Origin: Dictyostelium discoideum
Lineage: Eukaryota
NCBI GenBank assembly: GCA_000004695.1
Contig: CM000152.2
Location: 608,001-672,000 of the forward strand
Direction: 5' to 3'
DNA length: 64,000 nt
Shown here: one piece after another, positions 53,048-63,961 of the stretch
Position numbering within the stretch: the first letter of the stretch is position 1
Layout: every line of letters begins with the position of its first letter
Position numbers and translations under genes: made by a program
The notes under the pieces: model-generated
The model's input: the letters and a program-made list of their open reading frames with translations, nothing else
The model's database searches: none
What the model was told of the DNA's origin: nothing

Positions 53048-54587
53048 TATCAATTAAATTATTTTTTGTTAATTTTAAAAAAGATAAACCAGTTTCAATA
53101 AAGTTTGATATTTCTAATTCGTTAAATAATGTTGATTTATCGGTATCAGTAGTAGATTGAGTATTTGAATCAACTTCATGAATATTGAATAATCTTAAAC
53201 CGACTGTATTGTTTTTTAATGTTAATAATGATTGTAAATGAATATTTGAAGGTAATTGATTTGATAATGGTGAATATTTTAATAAATAACCAGTTTGATT
53301 ATTGTGTTTTTTGACAAACATAATTGGTTGATTTGTAATATGTAAACTTATTCTTTTTTCATTTTGTAATTGATTATTAACCAAATCCATATTAAAGTAT
53401 AATTTAGCATCACTTCTTCCAATGTCTTTACTTGGCCAATTTACTCCTTTCCAATCATCAGTATCCATAGTTCTATGAATCATAATTTCCATTTCGCCAT
53501 CTGATGGTGATGTTGCGCCAACTGACCTATCTACATAAACTGTATATTGATGATTATTATTTTCTGAGGTTTCTTTTAATTTTATATAACCTAAAACTGG
53601 GTAATAATTTTGATTGACGCTTCTATCATGATTGTAAATTCTTTTTCTAGATTCTAAACCATTATCAGTATAAAATATATCATCATTTTCAAGATCTTTT
53701 ACTTTATAATTGATTGTTGTTTCTCTATTCATATCACCGTTAATTGAATAACCAGTTTCAATGTAATTCTCTGTGATTAATGATTTGCTATTACTATTAT
53801 TGATTTCATTATTATTTTTATAAATTCTTTGAACTACAATCGATGTTACATTACAATAATCATCTACACCATATAACATTGTTAATTGAGATACTAATGG
53901 GCCATCGTGGTAGATGAATTTATCAGGGTTCTCTAAGAATCCGTGTTTTTTACCACCTTTAACATTGAAAATGTATGGACCACTCTTTTTAGTTGAATAT
54001 TGATGGAATGTTTGTTCGATTGTTTTAATTTCATTTGAATTTTTATCAGTTATTTTACTTATTAAACCATTTGATTCGAATTCTACTTTGAATCTATTAT
54101 TATTAAAATTAATTTCATTTCCTTTTTTCAATAATTTTGGTTTTGATAAATAGGTGAAATTTGATTTTGAATCTTCGCTATTAGCAATACTTAAATAATA
54201 AGTATTTAAACCTAATGGTGGTAAATTAATAATTGCAAATACAATATAATTATTTTCAATTGATTGACAATTTGAATCATCTTGAATTGGTATTATTTGA
54301 ATTTGAATTGTTTTATTTGATATAGCTTCAACCAATTGAATTGATTCTAATAATTGATTATCATTTTTATTAACTTTTATTCTAAATGAAACATGTTGGT
54401 TAACTTCCCAACCTAATGTATTGTGGAATACTAATGAATATTGATTATTTGATTCATTTGATAAATCTATTGCATTTTCAAAATTGAATGGTTCACTTTT
54501 ATTTACAGTATTATTATTATTATTACTACTACCACTACCACTACTACTGCTACTACCTGTTGTACTAATACTATTTGTATTTTTAAG

Positions 54588-54642
<55 letters not shown>

Positions 54643-55818
54643 TTATTATTATTATTATTTGTTTTGTTATTACTTTTATTTAATAAATATTCTAAAGAAT
54701 TTGAAATGATATTATAATTTGAAATTCTTGATTTTTGTAATCTTTGGAAATTATCATTTAAAACAAATGATCTTGAAGTACCTGTAACAATATCATGATG
54801 TTGAACCAATGCTATTGTATTTCTATTTTCATTTAATTGATTTGATAACGTTTGTAAATTATTAATATCGATTTGATTATTTGAATTTTCGCCAATTGCT
54901 AAAGTGTATAATATATCTGATGATTTTTGTAAAAGACTTGATTCTCTAATCAATCTTTTTAACAATGGTCTTGTTGTATAATATCCTGTCCAATATTCTA
55001 AATTACCAGTTGAATATGGAAAGAAATCTTTATTATATAATGACAATGCTGATACCTCATCATCACCATCACTAAAAGTTTCAGTGTAAACATTTTGTTT
55101 TCTACTTTTACCAAATTTATTATTTCTCAAGAAACTATCCTCCAAAGCAATGAAATATTCATCTAAAGTTGCATATTTAATTTCTTTGATATTGTAATAT
55201 TCTTTATTATCTTGTAAAGCTTTTACCCACTCTTTTGAAACTGAAAATTCAGTTTTTGCATTTGAATATCTGAAATCATCACCTAATGGAATCATTAGTA
55301 TGTTTGACTCTCTAGTTTTTGATAAATCATTGAGATATTTAGTGAATCCTTTGATACGATCATTTAATGAAAAATCTTTCTTTGGGTCAATATGTTTTGG
55401 ATAATCATAATGGATATTTAATGTGGAAACTAACATTTGTGATTGTTCTCCTAATGATTCTGAACCTTTCCATATGAATTCCATTTCTTTGACTGATTTC
55501 ATATAAGATTTAACATCATTTGAAACACGATTAATAACTAATCCTTTTATACCCATACTTGAAAAAATGGTTGGTGTTGATGATGAATATCCAAATGGAT
55601 CGATTTGCCATGCATACTCTACTGTATAGTTAAGTGTATCTTTTAACCATTGATGGCCTTGTGTCATTTGTGTTATAACATCATCAATTGTTGCTGTTGC
55701 TTCATCATTTTGTACCCATCCACCACTAATAAATGATAATTGTTTATTATTTATTAAATTTCTAACAATTTCTTTTTGAATTTCATTTTGGTCATTCCAC
55801 CACCTACTAAAAAATCCA
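53048..55818 (-). CDS. GH38 alpha-mannosidase copy 2, exon 3
   Basis: The same acceptor and donor as in copy 1. The frame is open from GFFSRWWNDQNEIQKEIVRNLINNKQLSFISGGWVQNDEATATIDDVITQMTQGHQW.... It is 177 nt longer than exon 3 of copy 1 because of an Asn/Ser-rich insertion around 54500-54700. Confidence 0.85.
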
Positions 55819-55940
55819 CTGTGTGTGAAATATAAAATAAAAAAATGAAAAAAAAAAAAAAAAAAATGAAAAAGGTGGTTAGTGGGAAAATGAAAAAAAA
55901 AAAAAAAAAAAAAAAGTAAAAATATTTAATGAAACGTTAC

Positions 55941-56032
55941 ATTTCTACCCAATTAAATTTCTTTTCTTTATCTAAATTTAATTCATTAACAACACCAGAT
56001 AAAATATATTGAACAATATTATAATAATATCC
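55941..56032 (-). CDS. GH38 alpha-mannosidase copy 2, exon 2
   Basis: Acceptor ttttgatag|GGA. Reads GYYYNIVQYILSGVVNELNLDKEKKFNWVE. Donor AT|gtaacg. Confidence 0.7.
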
Positions 56033-56116
56033 CTATCAAAAAAAAAAAAAAAAAATATGTTAAAAAATTTTAAAAAAAAGAAATAATTTATTAAAATTTA
56101 TATATTTAATACAAAC

Positions 56117-56359
56117 ATCATAATCTTGTAACCAACCACCATCGCAATGAGAATGAGGTATTAAAAATACAGATAATTTTTTGTCATCCCCGTTTTCTTT
56201 GTTATTAATTTGATTTATTGTTTTTAAACTTCGTTTTTCGAATTTATTGATTCCAAAAGTTGATTTATAATCGTAATTATTGTATATTATTAAAAAAGTG
56301 AATACCAAAATCCAAATACCAAAAACCCATATAATTTTAACAAATTTACTACTTTCCAT
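56117..56359 (-). CDS. GH38 alpha-mannosidase copy 2, exon 1
   Basis: Starts at ATG 56359 and reads MESSKFVKIIWVFGIWILVFTFLIIYNNYDYKSTFGINKFEKRSLKTINQINNKENGDDKKLSVFLIPHSHCDGGWLQDYD. The donor is GAT|gtttgt. Confidence 0.75.
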
Positions 56360-56444
56360 TTTTTTAAAATATCATTATTAATAAAGTTATTATATTATAA
56401 AAGAAGGTTTTATTTTTTTATTTTTTATTTTTTATTTTTTATTT

Positions 56445-56475
<31 letters not shown>

Positions 56476-56783
56476 ACATATATTAAAAATAAAAACACAA
56501 TTTTTTTGGGAAGGGAAAAGAAAAAATATAAAAAAAAAACAAAAATTAACAATAGTGACTATAAAATTAAAATTAATTAAAAAAAATAATAAAAAAAATT
56601 TACAAAACACATTTTTAAAACACTTTACTAAAAAGGTATTAATTGGGGTGTGGTAAATTTAAAAATTTCTTTAAAATTACTTAATATTTTTAAAAATTTT
56701 TATTTTTTTTATTTTTTTATTTTATTTTAAATGTTCCGATCTTATATAAAAAAAGGAAAAATAAAATAAAAAATAAAAAAAGG

Positions 56784-56819
<36 letters not shown>

Positions 56820-57504
56820 ATTTTTTTTTTTTTTTTTTTTTTTTTAAACAATGACTTGGTTTTATTTATTTTTATTATTATTATTTCAGTATATAAAAAT
56901 ACACAAAATGATATAAATTATATAAAAAATGAATGTAAACATTTTGTTTTTTTAATTTTTTTTTTAATCAAAATTTTATTTTTAATTCATTTTTGTAATT
57001 GTTTTTTTTTTTTCAAAGTGGGGAAATATAAAAAAATAGCTGAATTGGTATATTTTTTTTTATAAAAACCATTTTAAATAAAATCAAATAATTTGGTTGT
57101 TTTTTTTTTTTTTTCCTATATAAGAAATAGTATGGGAAGATTTTCTGAGAAACCACCACCAATAAAGATGAAGATGGTGAAGATGATTATTATTTTGGTG
57201 GTGATAATAGTAAAAATAGTGATGATAATGATAATGATGATGATAATGATATTATTTAATAATCAATTTAAATCTAATAAATAATATTTAAATTTATTTA
57301 TTTTCACCACAAATAAATCAAGACAATTTTTTTTTTTTTTTTATAAAAAATAATAGTGACCTAAAAATAATGAAAAAAAATCTATAAATATATATTTTTA
57401 TTTTATTAAACCTTTTTTTTATTTTATTTTTAATTTTTTGTTTTTTAATTTTTTTTATTTAAAAATGATATTATCTTCTTTTAAAATGCCAAGGTGCATA
57501 GATA

Positions 57505-57655
57505 AATCTTTCCTTCTCTGGCATTTGATTAGTATTGATTCATTTTATTACTTTAGAAATAAAATTTTAATATGATGGTGATCAACCTTTCTTTATGATA
57601 TAGTGCATAGATTAATCTTTCCTTTCTCTATCATTTGATTGGTATTGATTCATAT
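57505..57655. repeat. Two copies of a roughly 50-bp direct repeat spaced about 100 bp apart
   Basis: gtgcatagataaatctttccttctctggcatttgattagtattgattcat (about 57505-57555) matches gtgcatagattaatctttcctttctctatcatttgattggtattgattcat (about 57604-57655) at about 90% identity. Confidence 0.6.
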
Positions 57656-57913
57656 ATTATTATTATTATTATTATCTAGATTAAAATTGAATGTAAACCA
57701 TTTTATTTGGAAAAAAACTAATTTATTAATTGACTTTTAACACAAAAAATAAAAAAATTTTTCACATTTTTTTACGCCTTAAAAAATTAAAAAAAAAAAA
57801 AAAAATTAATAAAAATTCAGATATTTATTTTTGAAAACAAATATTAAAATGAAAGTGTGTATTTTTTTTTTTTTTTTTTTTTTTATTGAACATTTAACCA
57901 TTCTATAAATAAA

Positions 57914-58005
57914 ATGACAAAAAAATCAGAAAAAATAAACAAAGAAAGTAATATTTCAAAAACAATAATTACAAATGCCCAAATTGATCAAAAAATGAGA
58001 AATGA
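57914..58005 (+). CDS. Possible upstream exon 1 of the piggyBac-derived gene
   Basis: ATG 57914 reads MTKKSEKINKESNISKTIITNAQIDQKMRN and ends at the donor GA|gtatgtt. This is phase-compatible with an exon at 58129-58256 (acceptor aaaaaag|G, reading EAEKLFWIFNNKVRPINYSEIVENTTPRKSSINREKIESENN), whose only phase-compatible donor is the weak G|gtcagg, joining ag|AC ATG at 58348. Confidence 0.25.
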
Positions 58006-58347
58006 GTATGTTAATTTGTGATCTTTTTTGTTTTTTAAAATTTATAATTATTAAATTTATTTTTCATTAAATAACATTTTCAATTTTTTATATAATTTGT
58101 TGTATTATTTTTTATTTTTTTAAAAAAGGGAAGCTGAAAAATTATTTTGGATTTTTAATAATAAAGTTAGACCAATTAATTATAGCGAAATTGTTGAAAA
58201 CACTACACCAAGAAAATCATCAATAAATAGAGAAAAGATTGAAAGTGAAAATAATGGTCAGGTTTATAATGAATTATTTTTTTTTAAATTGTTATTAAAT
58301 GAAGATTTATCAAAATTTTTAATTTCATTAATTAATACAAATCTTAG

Positions 58348-59855
58348 ACATGAGAGGGAGAAAAAAATTAGATAAAGGGAAGGATATTTCAAGATTAAAT
58401 GATTTAACCGATATTACATTCTGGAAATTTATAACTGATTATTTAAAAAATATTTATTCAAATAAAAACAATGATAAGATACCACCTGAATTAATTAATT
58501 TAAAAATGATGGATCACAATAGATATTCAGCAGTACATAATGTTTTGGATATGAAAAGTCATAGATTTGAAGAATATTGTGAAATATTTATGAACAGTGC
58601 ATTGAAATATATTAATATTGGTAACGTTCTCAATTGTGATGAAACAATATACGCATATTATGGGAAAGATGCTATTAAAGATCATATATTGATTAATAAT
58701 GATAGCAAACCCCATTCAGTCGGAATTGAAGCATATAGTCTAACAACCAAATTGAATATTAGTAATTGTCCATATGTAATTAGTTATGGTCCAAGAACAC
58801 CAGAAAACTGTCAATCTCCTTTCAATTCATTAAAAACCCTTTTGGATAATTTACATTCAAAATATAATTGGGAGGATCCAAGGAATAACTTAATCGTATG
58901 TTGCGATAGTGCCTTTGCATTAGTAAATAATAAAGAATGTTTAGATGAATTGAAATGTCGTATTTTATCCTCAACAAGGAAGAGTGGCGTGACTGTTCCT
59001 CAAGAAATTAAAATATTCGTCAAACCTTTATTAACCATACATAAAACATTCCTTTTTTATGATGAAAGCACAGGACTATTGTACGAGTATACCAAAAATA
59101 CCGCTGGTCATATCAATTGCATTGCAACAAATCTATATTCAAGATATTCAAACCCATATGTGGAAATTAATAATAATCTAAATATAGAACAATTTGCAAC
59201 TATTGGAAATTTATTTCGTTTTTCAAAAAAAGAATTAGAACTAATTTTTGTTGGTGAGACACTGCATGGGACAACATTGGAAATATTAAATGGCAAATAT
59301 AAAACTAACTTTGTAAAACCACCATGTGGTCCTTTTTGGAACGAACAAATGTTGAAGAAATTATCAGCTGAACACATAGCTCAAATATATAATGATAAAT
59401 ACAAAAAAGAAAACAACAATCTTAACAAAAACGACAAAATTAAAAAAATATTAGAACCATTGGATAGCACTCAAGATGGTGGGATATATGATAAAAACAA
59501 AAATTATTCCAAGAAGGAACTACAAGATTTAAAAATAAAAGTTATTGGTACTCATCAGAATCGTTCCCAAATGATTCATGATCAATATATTTTCTGGTAC
59601 AACCTTGTAGACATCACAGACAAACGTTACTATGCTACAATTAGAGGTAGCTCTTCCCACTCGTATACTAAATTATTTATATTAGGTGGTTTGTTTGATT
59701 TAATACTAAATTCATATTCTCTGCACCGTGAATATCATGAAATGGAATTAGAATGTAAAAATCCAGAAAATCAACCTCCGGAAATAATTCAAACAATAAA
59801 TAAATTTGTTGAATCCCTCATTTTTCAATTTCATGAATTAAAAGAATTACAATAA
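58348..59855 (+). CDS. piggyBac-transposase-derived protein (DDE_Tnp_1_7-like domain), main exon
   Basis: ATG at 58350. NCDETIYAYYGKDAIKDHILINNDSKPHSVGIE aligns with piggyBac IDEQLLGFRGRCPFRMYIPNKPSKYGIK (first catalytic Asp conserved). YVISYGPRT aligns with YMINGMPYLGRGT. NLIVCCDSAFAL aligns with NITCDNWFTSIPL (third Asp conserved). SSTRKSGVTVPQEIK aligns with GTVRSNKREIPEVLK. Where the second catalytic Asp (MMCDSG) is expected, the sequence is AYSLTT. Confidence 0.6.
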
Positions 59856-60484
59856 ATCAATTTACAATCAATAAAACTGTTTTAATTATTTTTTTTATTT
59901 TTTTTTTATTTTTTTTATTTTTTTTTTTGAAATTTTTTTTTTTTTTTAATATTAAAAAATGTGAAAATTTTTTTTATTTTTTGTGTTAAAAGTCAGTAAT
60001 AAAAAAAAAAATTATTAAAGTTAGATTTAAATTTTAATTTATTTTTTATTATTTATTTTTTATTATTTGTTTTTTTTTTATTAACTTTACCATTTTTTAT
60101 TTTATTTTAAACAAACAATTGACTTTTTATCTAATTCTTTTTAATTGTTAGAGTTAGATTTACTTTTTTTTTTTCTATTTGTTATTTATTTTTTTTTTTT
60201 ACATTTGCTTGAATGATAATTTTTTTTTTTACTCTATTTATACTTGATCATTTTTTAAATTTTAAATTATTTGAAAATAAATAAAAGAAATTTTTTTTTT
60301 TTTAAACTTTAAAAAAAAGAATGGTATTACATTCATTTTTATTTTTTTTCCATTTTTTAAATTATTTTTTTTTTCAATTTCTCACAATTTTAAAAAAAAA
60401 ATAAAAAATAAAAATAAAAAAATAAAAAAATTTATTTAACAACAAATAAAAAGAATTAATTCTAACAAAGAAATTATTTATGCG

Positions 60485-60520
<36 letters not shown>

Positions 60521-60575
60521 ATTTGTAAACTTATTATTTTCATTAATTTTATTTTATTTTATTTTCACTTTAGTT

Positions 60576-62363
60576 TTATTTTTTACTTTTACCAAAAAAT
60601 CTTGAGGAAGATTTTTTTTCATCTTTTTTCTTGGATTTATTATCTTCATCGATTAAGTTATTATCCAATTCGATGATAGTTTTAGTAGGGATTGAATTAT
60701 TACCTTGAAGATGATTATAGGATAAAGAGATAGTTGAGGAGGATCTAATTGGAGATGATTGGAAAGATAAAGAAGCAGTATGAGAACGACGTGGTTTCAA
60801 AGGGAATAACTCTTTCAAAGAGTCAATTCTATCTTGAATTTGTTGATGTAAAACCTGATGAAGTATTTTCTCTTCTGGATCGAAAATTTCGAGATCTGAT
60901 TGATTAAAGTATAACTGTTTCCAAACCTTGAATCTCTTTATGGAGCAATCAGGAAAGATGACATCACGCTCCTTTATGCCGGTTGGCTGATAGAGAGGGT
61001 TGATGTACTCTTTTAGATTGCCGTCCATCTCTGCCCAAAGACTGATGGTTTTGCCATAGATATGGTTTTGCACTCTCTCTTTCTCTGTGTTGAATAAAAA
61101 GTTACCATATTTGCCACTGTAGGAATGATAAAGTATAGTTTTCAAAAAGTTTGCATTAAATTCGAATTTGCTTGGAAATTGATGAATGATTTGGTAGCAT
61201 GCCTCAATGAATTGGTAGAGTATGGGTGATTGCTCACTCTCGTCTTTACCATGAACTTGACCACAACGTTGAGCGAATTTATGACCGAAACTAAGCCACT
61301 CCTTTTCAATTAGGATTTGAAAGCCTCTAATGGTTCTAAAGTATGGGTCTAGCAAAAGTTCAGCCAATGAGACCAATTGTGATGTTCTATCCCATCCATC
61401 ACTACAATGTACCAATACATTGTGATGTTGTAAATGAATTAGTTTTGCCAATCTAGTTGCACCTTGAATCACCAATTTAATATGACCAAACCAACCACTA
61501 GATTCCAATTGATTGAACCAGCCATCTTCCTTATCAATGGATGATACTGCTGCATCTTTAATCTTCCAAAGGGAATGTCTCATTGAATGAATATTTGCAA
61601 TATTTAAAAACTCTAATGTACAACCTGGATAATTATTTAATATCTCCCATCCTGCACCTTTTGCACGATTACCAACTGCATTTGCATATGGTCTACAATC
61701 TAATATATACAATGTTCTATCTGAACTATTATTTTCTTTATTACTACCACTACCGCTACCTCCGCTACCTCCACTACTACCACTACCAGCAGTACTTGTC
61801 ATACGAATTGAATTTAATAAATTTTCATCCTCAGTTGAACGATTACCACCAATGCCAACCATTGGCTGACTACAACGAGTGATTGAGCATTTATTAGACC
61901 AATGTCTATAGGAGAGTACTGGTATTCTACCTTTACTACGAAATTGTGCAACACTTTTCAATTGTTCATCAGTGATTGATTCTGGAACACCCATTAATCC
62001 TGGATAACTATCACAAATGAAATAGTTATAATTTGCATCTGATACTCTCCAATCTGGTGATGGTACACCCATACGTGCATATTCATCACGTGCACTATAC
62101 AATGTCCATCCTAATCCAACCAACTCCAATCTAGTATACTCTTGTCTAAGATTATAACAAAACAATGTTGTTGGACTTGTACTTTGATATTGTTCAATAC
62201 ATCCTCTAACATCTTTTAAACTTGAATTACTCTTATCAAATGAAATACTATGAATTCTATAATCCTTACAAATGAAATTTAATCTATATGAAAATTCACC
62301 ACCACCTTGTTTCTTTTTACCATTTTTAGTTAATTTTGAAATAGTATGTAATGAAAAATGTTT
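60576..62363 (-). CDS. Myotubularin-family phosphoinositide 3-phosphatase, exon 3 (phosphatase domain)
   Basis: Acceptor aaaaaag|AAA. Reads KHFSLHTISKLTKNGKKKQGGGEFSYRLNFICKDYRIHSISFDK...LFCYNLRQEYTRLE...RIPVLSYRHW...VLVHCSDGWDRTSQLVSLAELLLDPYFRTIRGFQILIEKEWLSFGHKF. The CX5R active site is HCSDGWDRT. Confidence 0.85.
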   Translation of the reverse strand, partial: KHFSLHTISKLTKNGKKKQGGGEFSYRLNFICKDYRIHSISFDKSNSSLKDVRGCIEQYQSTSPTTLFCYNLRQEYTRLELVGLGWTLYSARDEYARMGVPSPDWRVSDANYNYFICDSYPGLMGVPESITDEQLKSVAQFRSKGRIPVLSYRHWSNKCSITRCSQPMVGIGGNRSTEDENLLNSIRMTSTAGSGSSGGSGGSGSGSNKENNSSDRTLYILDCRPYANAVGNRAKGAGWEILNNYPGCTLEFLNIANIHSMRHSLWKIKDAAVSSIDKEDGWFNQLESSGWFGHIKLVIQGATRLAKLIHLQHHNVLVHCSDGWDRTSQLVSLAELLLDPYFRTIRGFQILIEKEWLSFGHKFAQRCGQVHGKDESEQSPILYQFIEACYQIIHQFPSKFEFNANFLKTILYHSYSGKYGNFLFNTEKERVQNHIYGKTISLWAEMDGNLKEYINPLYQPTGIKERDVIFPDCSIKRFKVWKQLYFNQSDLEIFDPEEKILHQVLHQQIQDRIDSLKELFPLKPRRSHTASLSFQSSPIRSSSTISLSYNHLQGNNSIPTKTIIELDNNLIDEDNKSKKKDEKKSSSRFFGKSKK

Positions 62364-62451
62364 CTTTTTTAAAAAAAAAAAATTAAAAAAAAAAAAATTT
62401 AAATTAATATTATATATATATAAATATATATATTATAAAGTATATACTTAC

Positions 62452-62960
62452 CACATATGGTTCATTCTTTGTTGTATAACCATAAAAAATAATTTGAAAG
62501 TTTGTTAAATATAATGAACCTTTTATAAATTCATCTTCAATTTCACTAAATTGATGATTATTCATATTGTTATTATTTATTGCTGTATTTTTTCTATTGT
62601 TATTATTATTTGATGGTTGTGTTGGAGTTGAAGTTGTCGTTGTTGTTGTTGTCGTTGTTGTTGATGATGAACCATTTTGTTGAATTCTTGAATTATCAAC
62701 TAAATGATAATTACAAGATTCAACTTTTAATAATAATTTCTCACCATCTGATAATTGAACATGATCAGGTAATTGAATGGTTCTAAATGTGTTTACTTGA
62801 TTTCTTATATTTCTAATCATTTCACCATAAAGTAATACTGTATTCACAGAGGTTTCAAAAATTAATTTCTTTTTAACTATTAATATCTTTGCTTTAATAT
62901 TATCTAAACATTTATGAATAAGTTGGTGCATTGATTCAATACTTTTAACTGATCTTTCAT
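62452..62960 (-). CDS. Myotubularin-family phosphatase, exon 2 (GRAM/PH-like domain)
   Basis: The acceptor aataaaaag|AT restores AAT. Reads ERSVKSIESMHQLIHKCLDNIKAKILIVKKKLIFETSVNTVLLYGEMIRNIRNQVNTFRTIQLPDHVQLSDGEKLLLKVESCNYHL...FIKGSLYLTNFQIIFYGYTTKNEPYV. The donor is GTG|gtaagt. Confidence 0.75.
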
Positions 62961-63089
62961 CTTTTTATTATTATTAAAAAAAAAAATATATATATTACAA
63001 TTAGTATTTTTTAAAATAATGACATTTTTGATTTGTGTGTGTGTGTGCGTGTGATTGTAATATGGTGTGGGTGGTTTTTTTTTACATAC

Positions 63090-63801
63090 TTTTTTTACGA
63101 TTTGTTTTTGAATGAATAATATTAATTAATTCAGATTCTAAATTTGAATTAACACTTTCTTTACCATTTGAAAGATTTGATAAATTTATTGTGGCACCAC
63201 CACCACTAACTGATAAAGATGAAGAGGATGCTGATTGACGTAATGATTTTTGATTTTGATCATTAGAGTTTGATAATGATGGTGATGATTGTTGTTGTTG
63301 TGTTGGTAAACTTGGTAAATTTAAAGCAGCACCAAGAGAACCAGTTGATGTATTGGCTGTGATTGCACTACCACCATTAGCATTATTGTTATTTGATAAA
63401 TCTAAACTACTATTATTTGCACTATTATTACCACTACCACTGCCATTTGAACTATTATCAGTTGAATTATTGATATCCTCTAAAATCTTTTCAATTTCAA
63501 TTAAAGTTTCAGAGATTTTCATAATATCTTTAAATGATTGTGATACTTGTTTCTCCCTTTTCATTTCTGATATTTTAAAAATGATTGTATCAATAGTTTT
63601 ACTACTGATATCTTTTAATTTCTCCATTTTCTCATCGGGTCCCAATCCAGACAAATTTGAACTACTTCTTGGTTTATTACTTGGTGATAATAATTGTGAT
63701 AAAGAACCTTGAGTTTGAAGTGATTGTGTTGGTGGTAACCTAGATGATGTTGATGTTGATGTTGAGGTTGATGTTGTTGTTGCTGTTGTATTATTACTCA
63801 T
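63090..63801 (-). CDS. Myotubularin-family phosphatase, exon 1 (Ser/Thr/Asn-rich low-complexity N-terminus)
   Basis: Starts at ATG 63801 and reads MSNNTTATTTSTSTSTSTSSRLPPTQSLQ...ESELINIIHSKTNRKK. The donor is A|gtatgtaaaaaaaaacc (phase 1), joining exon 2 in frame. Confidence 0.65.
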
Positions 63802-63961
63802 TTTTTTATTTTGGATTTTTTAATTTTGGATTTTTTTATTTTTTTTAATTTACATAAAAGTACAAATGTTGATATATATATATTTTATAAAATTTTATTT
63901 TTATTTTTACTTTTAGAATGGATAAAAATATAAGTTCTAAAAGAATAAAAAAATAAAAGAT

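Noticed and set aside
58256-58348. Reading the upstream piggyBac-like exons as one continuous ORF ending at TAA 58373, separate from the main ORF.
   Set aside because: That would give a 120-aa protein overlapping the main ATG in another frame. A splice using G|gtcagg and cttag|AC joins the frames instead. The donor is weak, so the upstream exons are reported only at low confidence.
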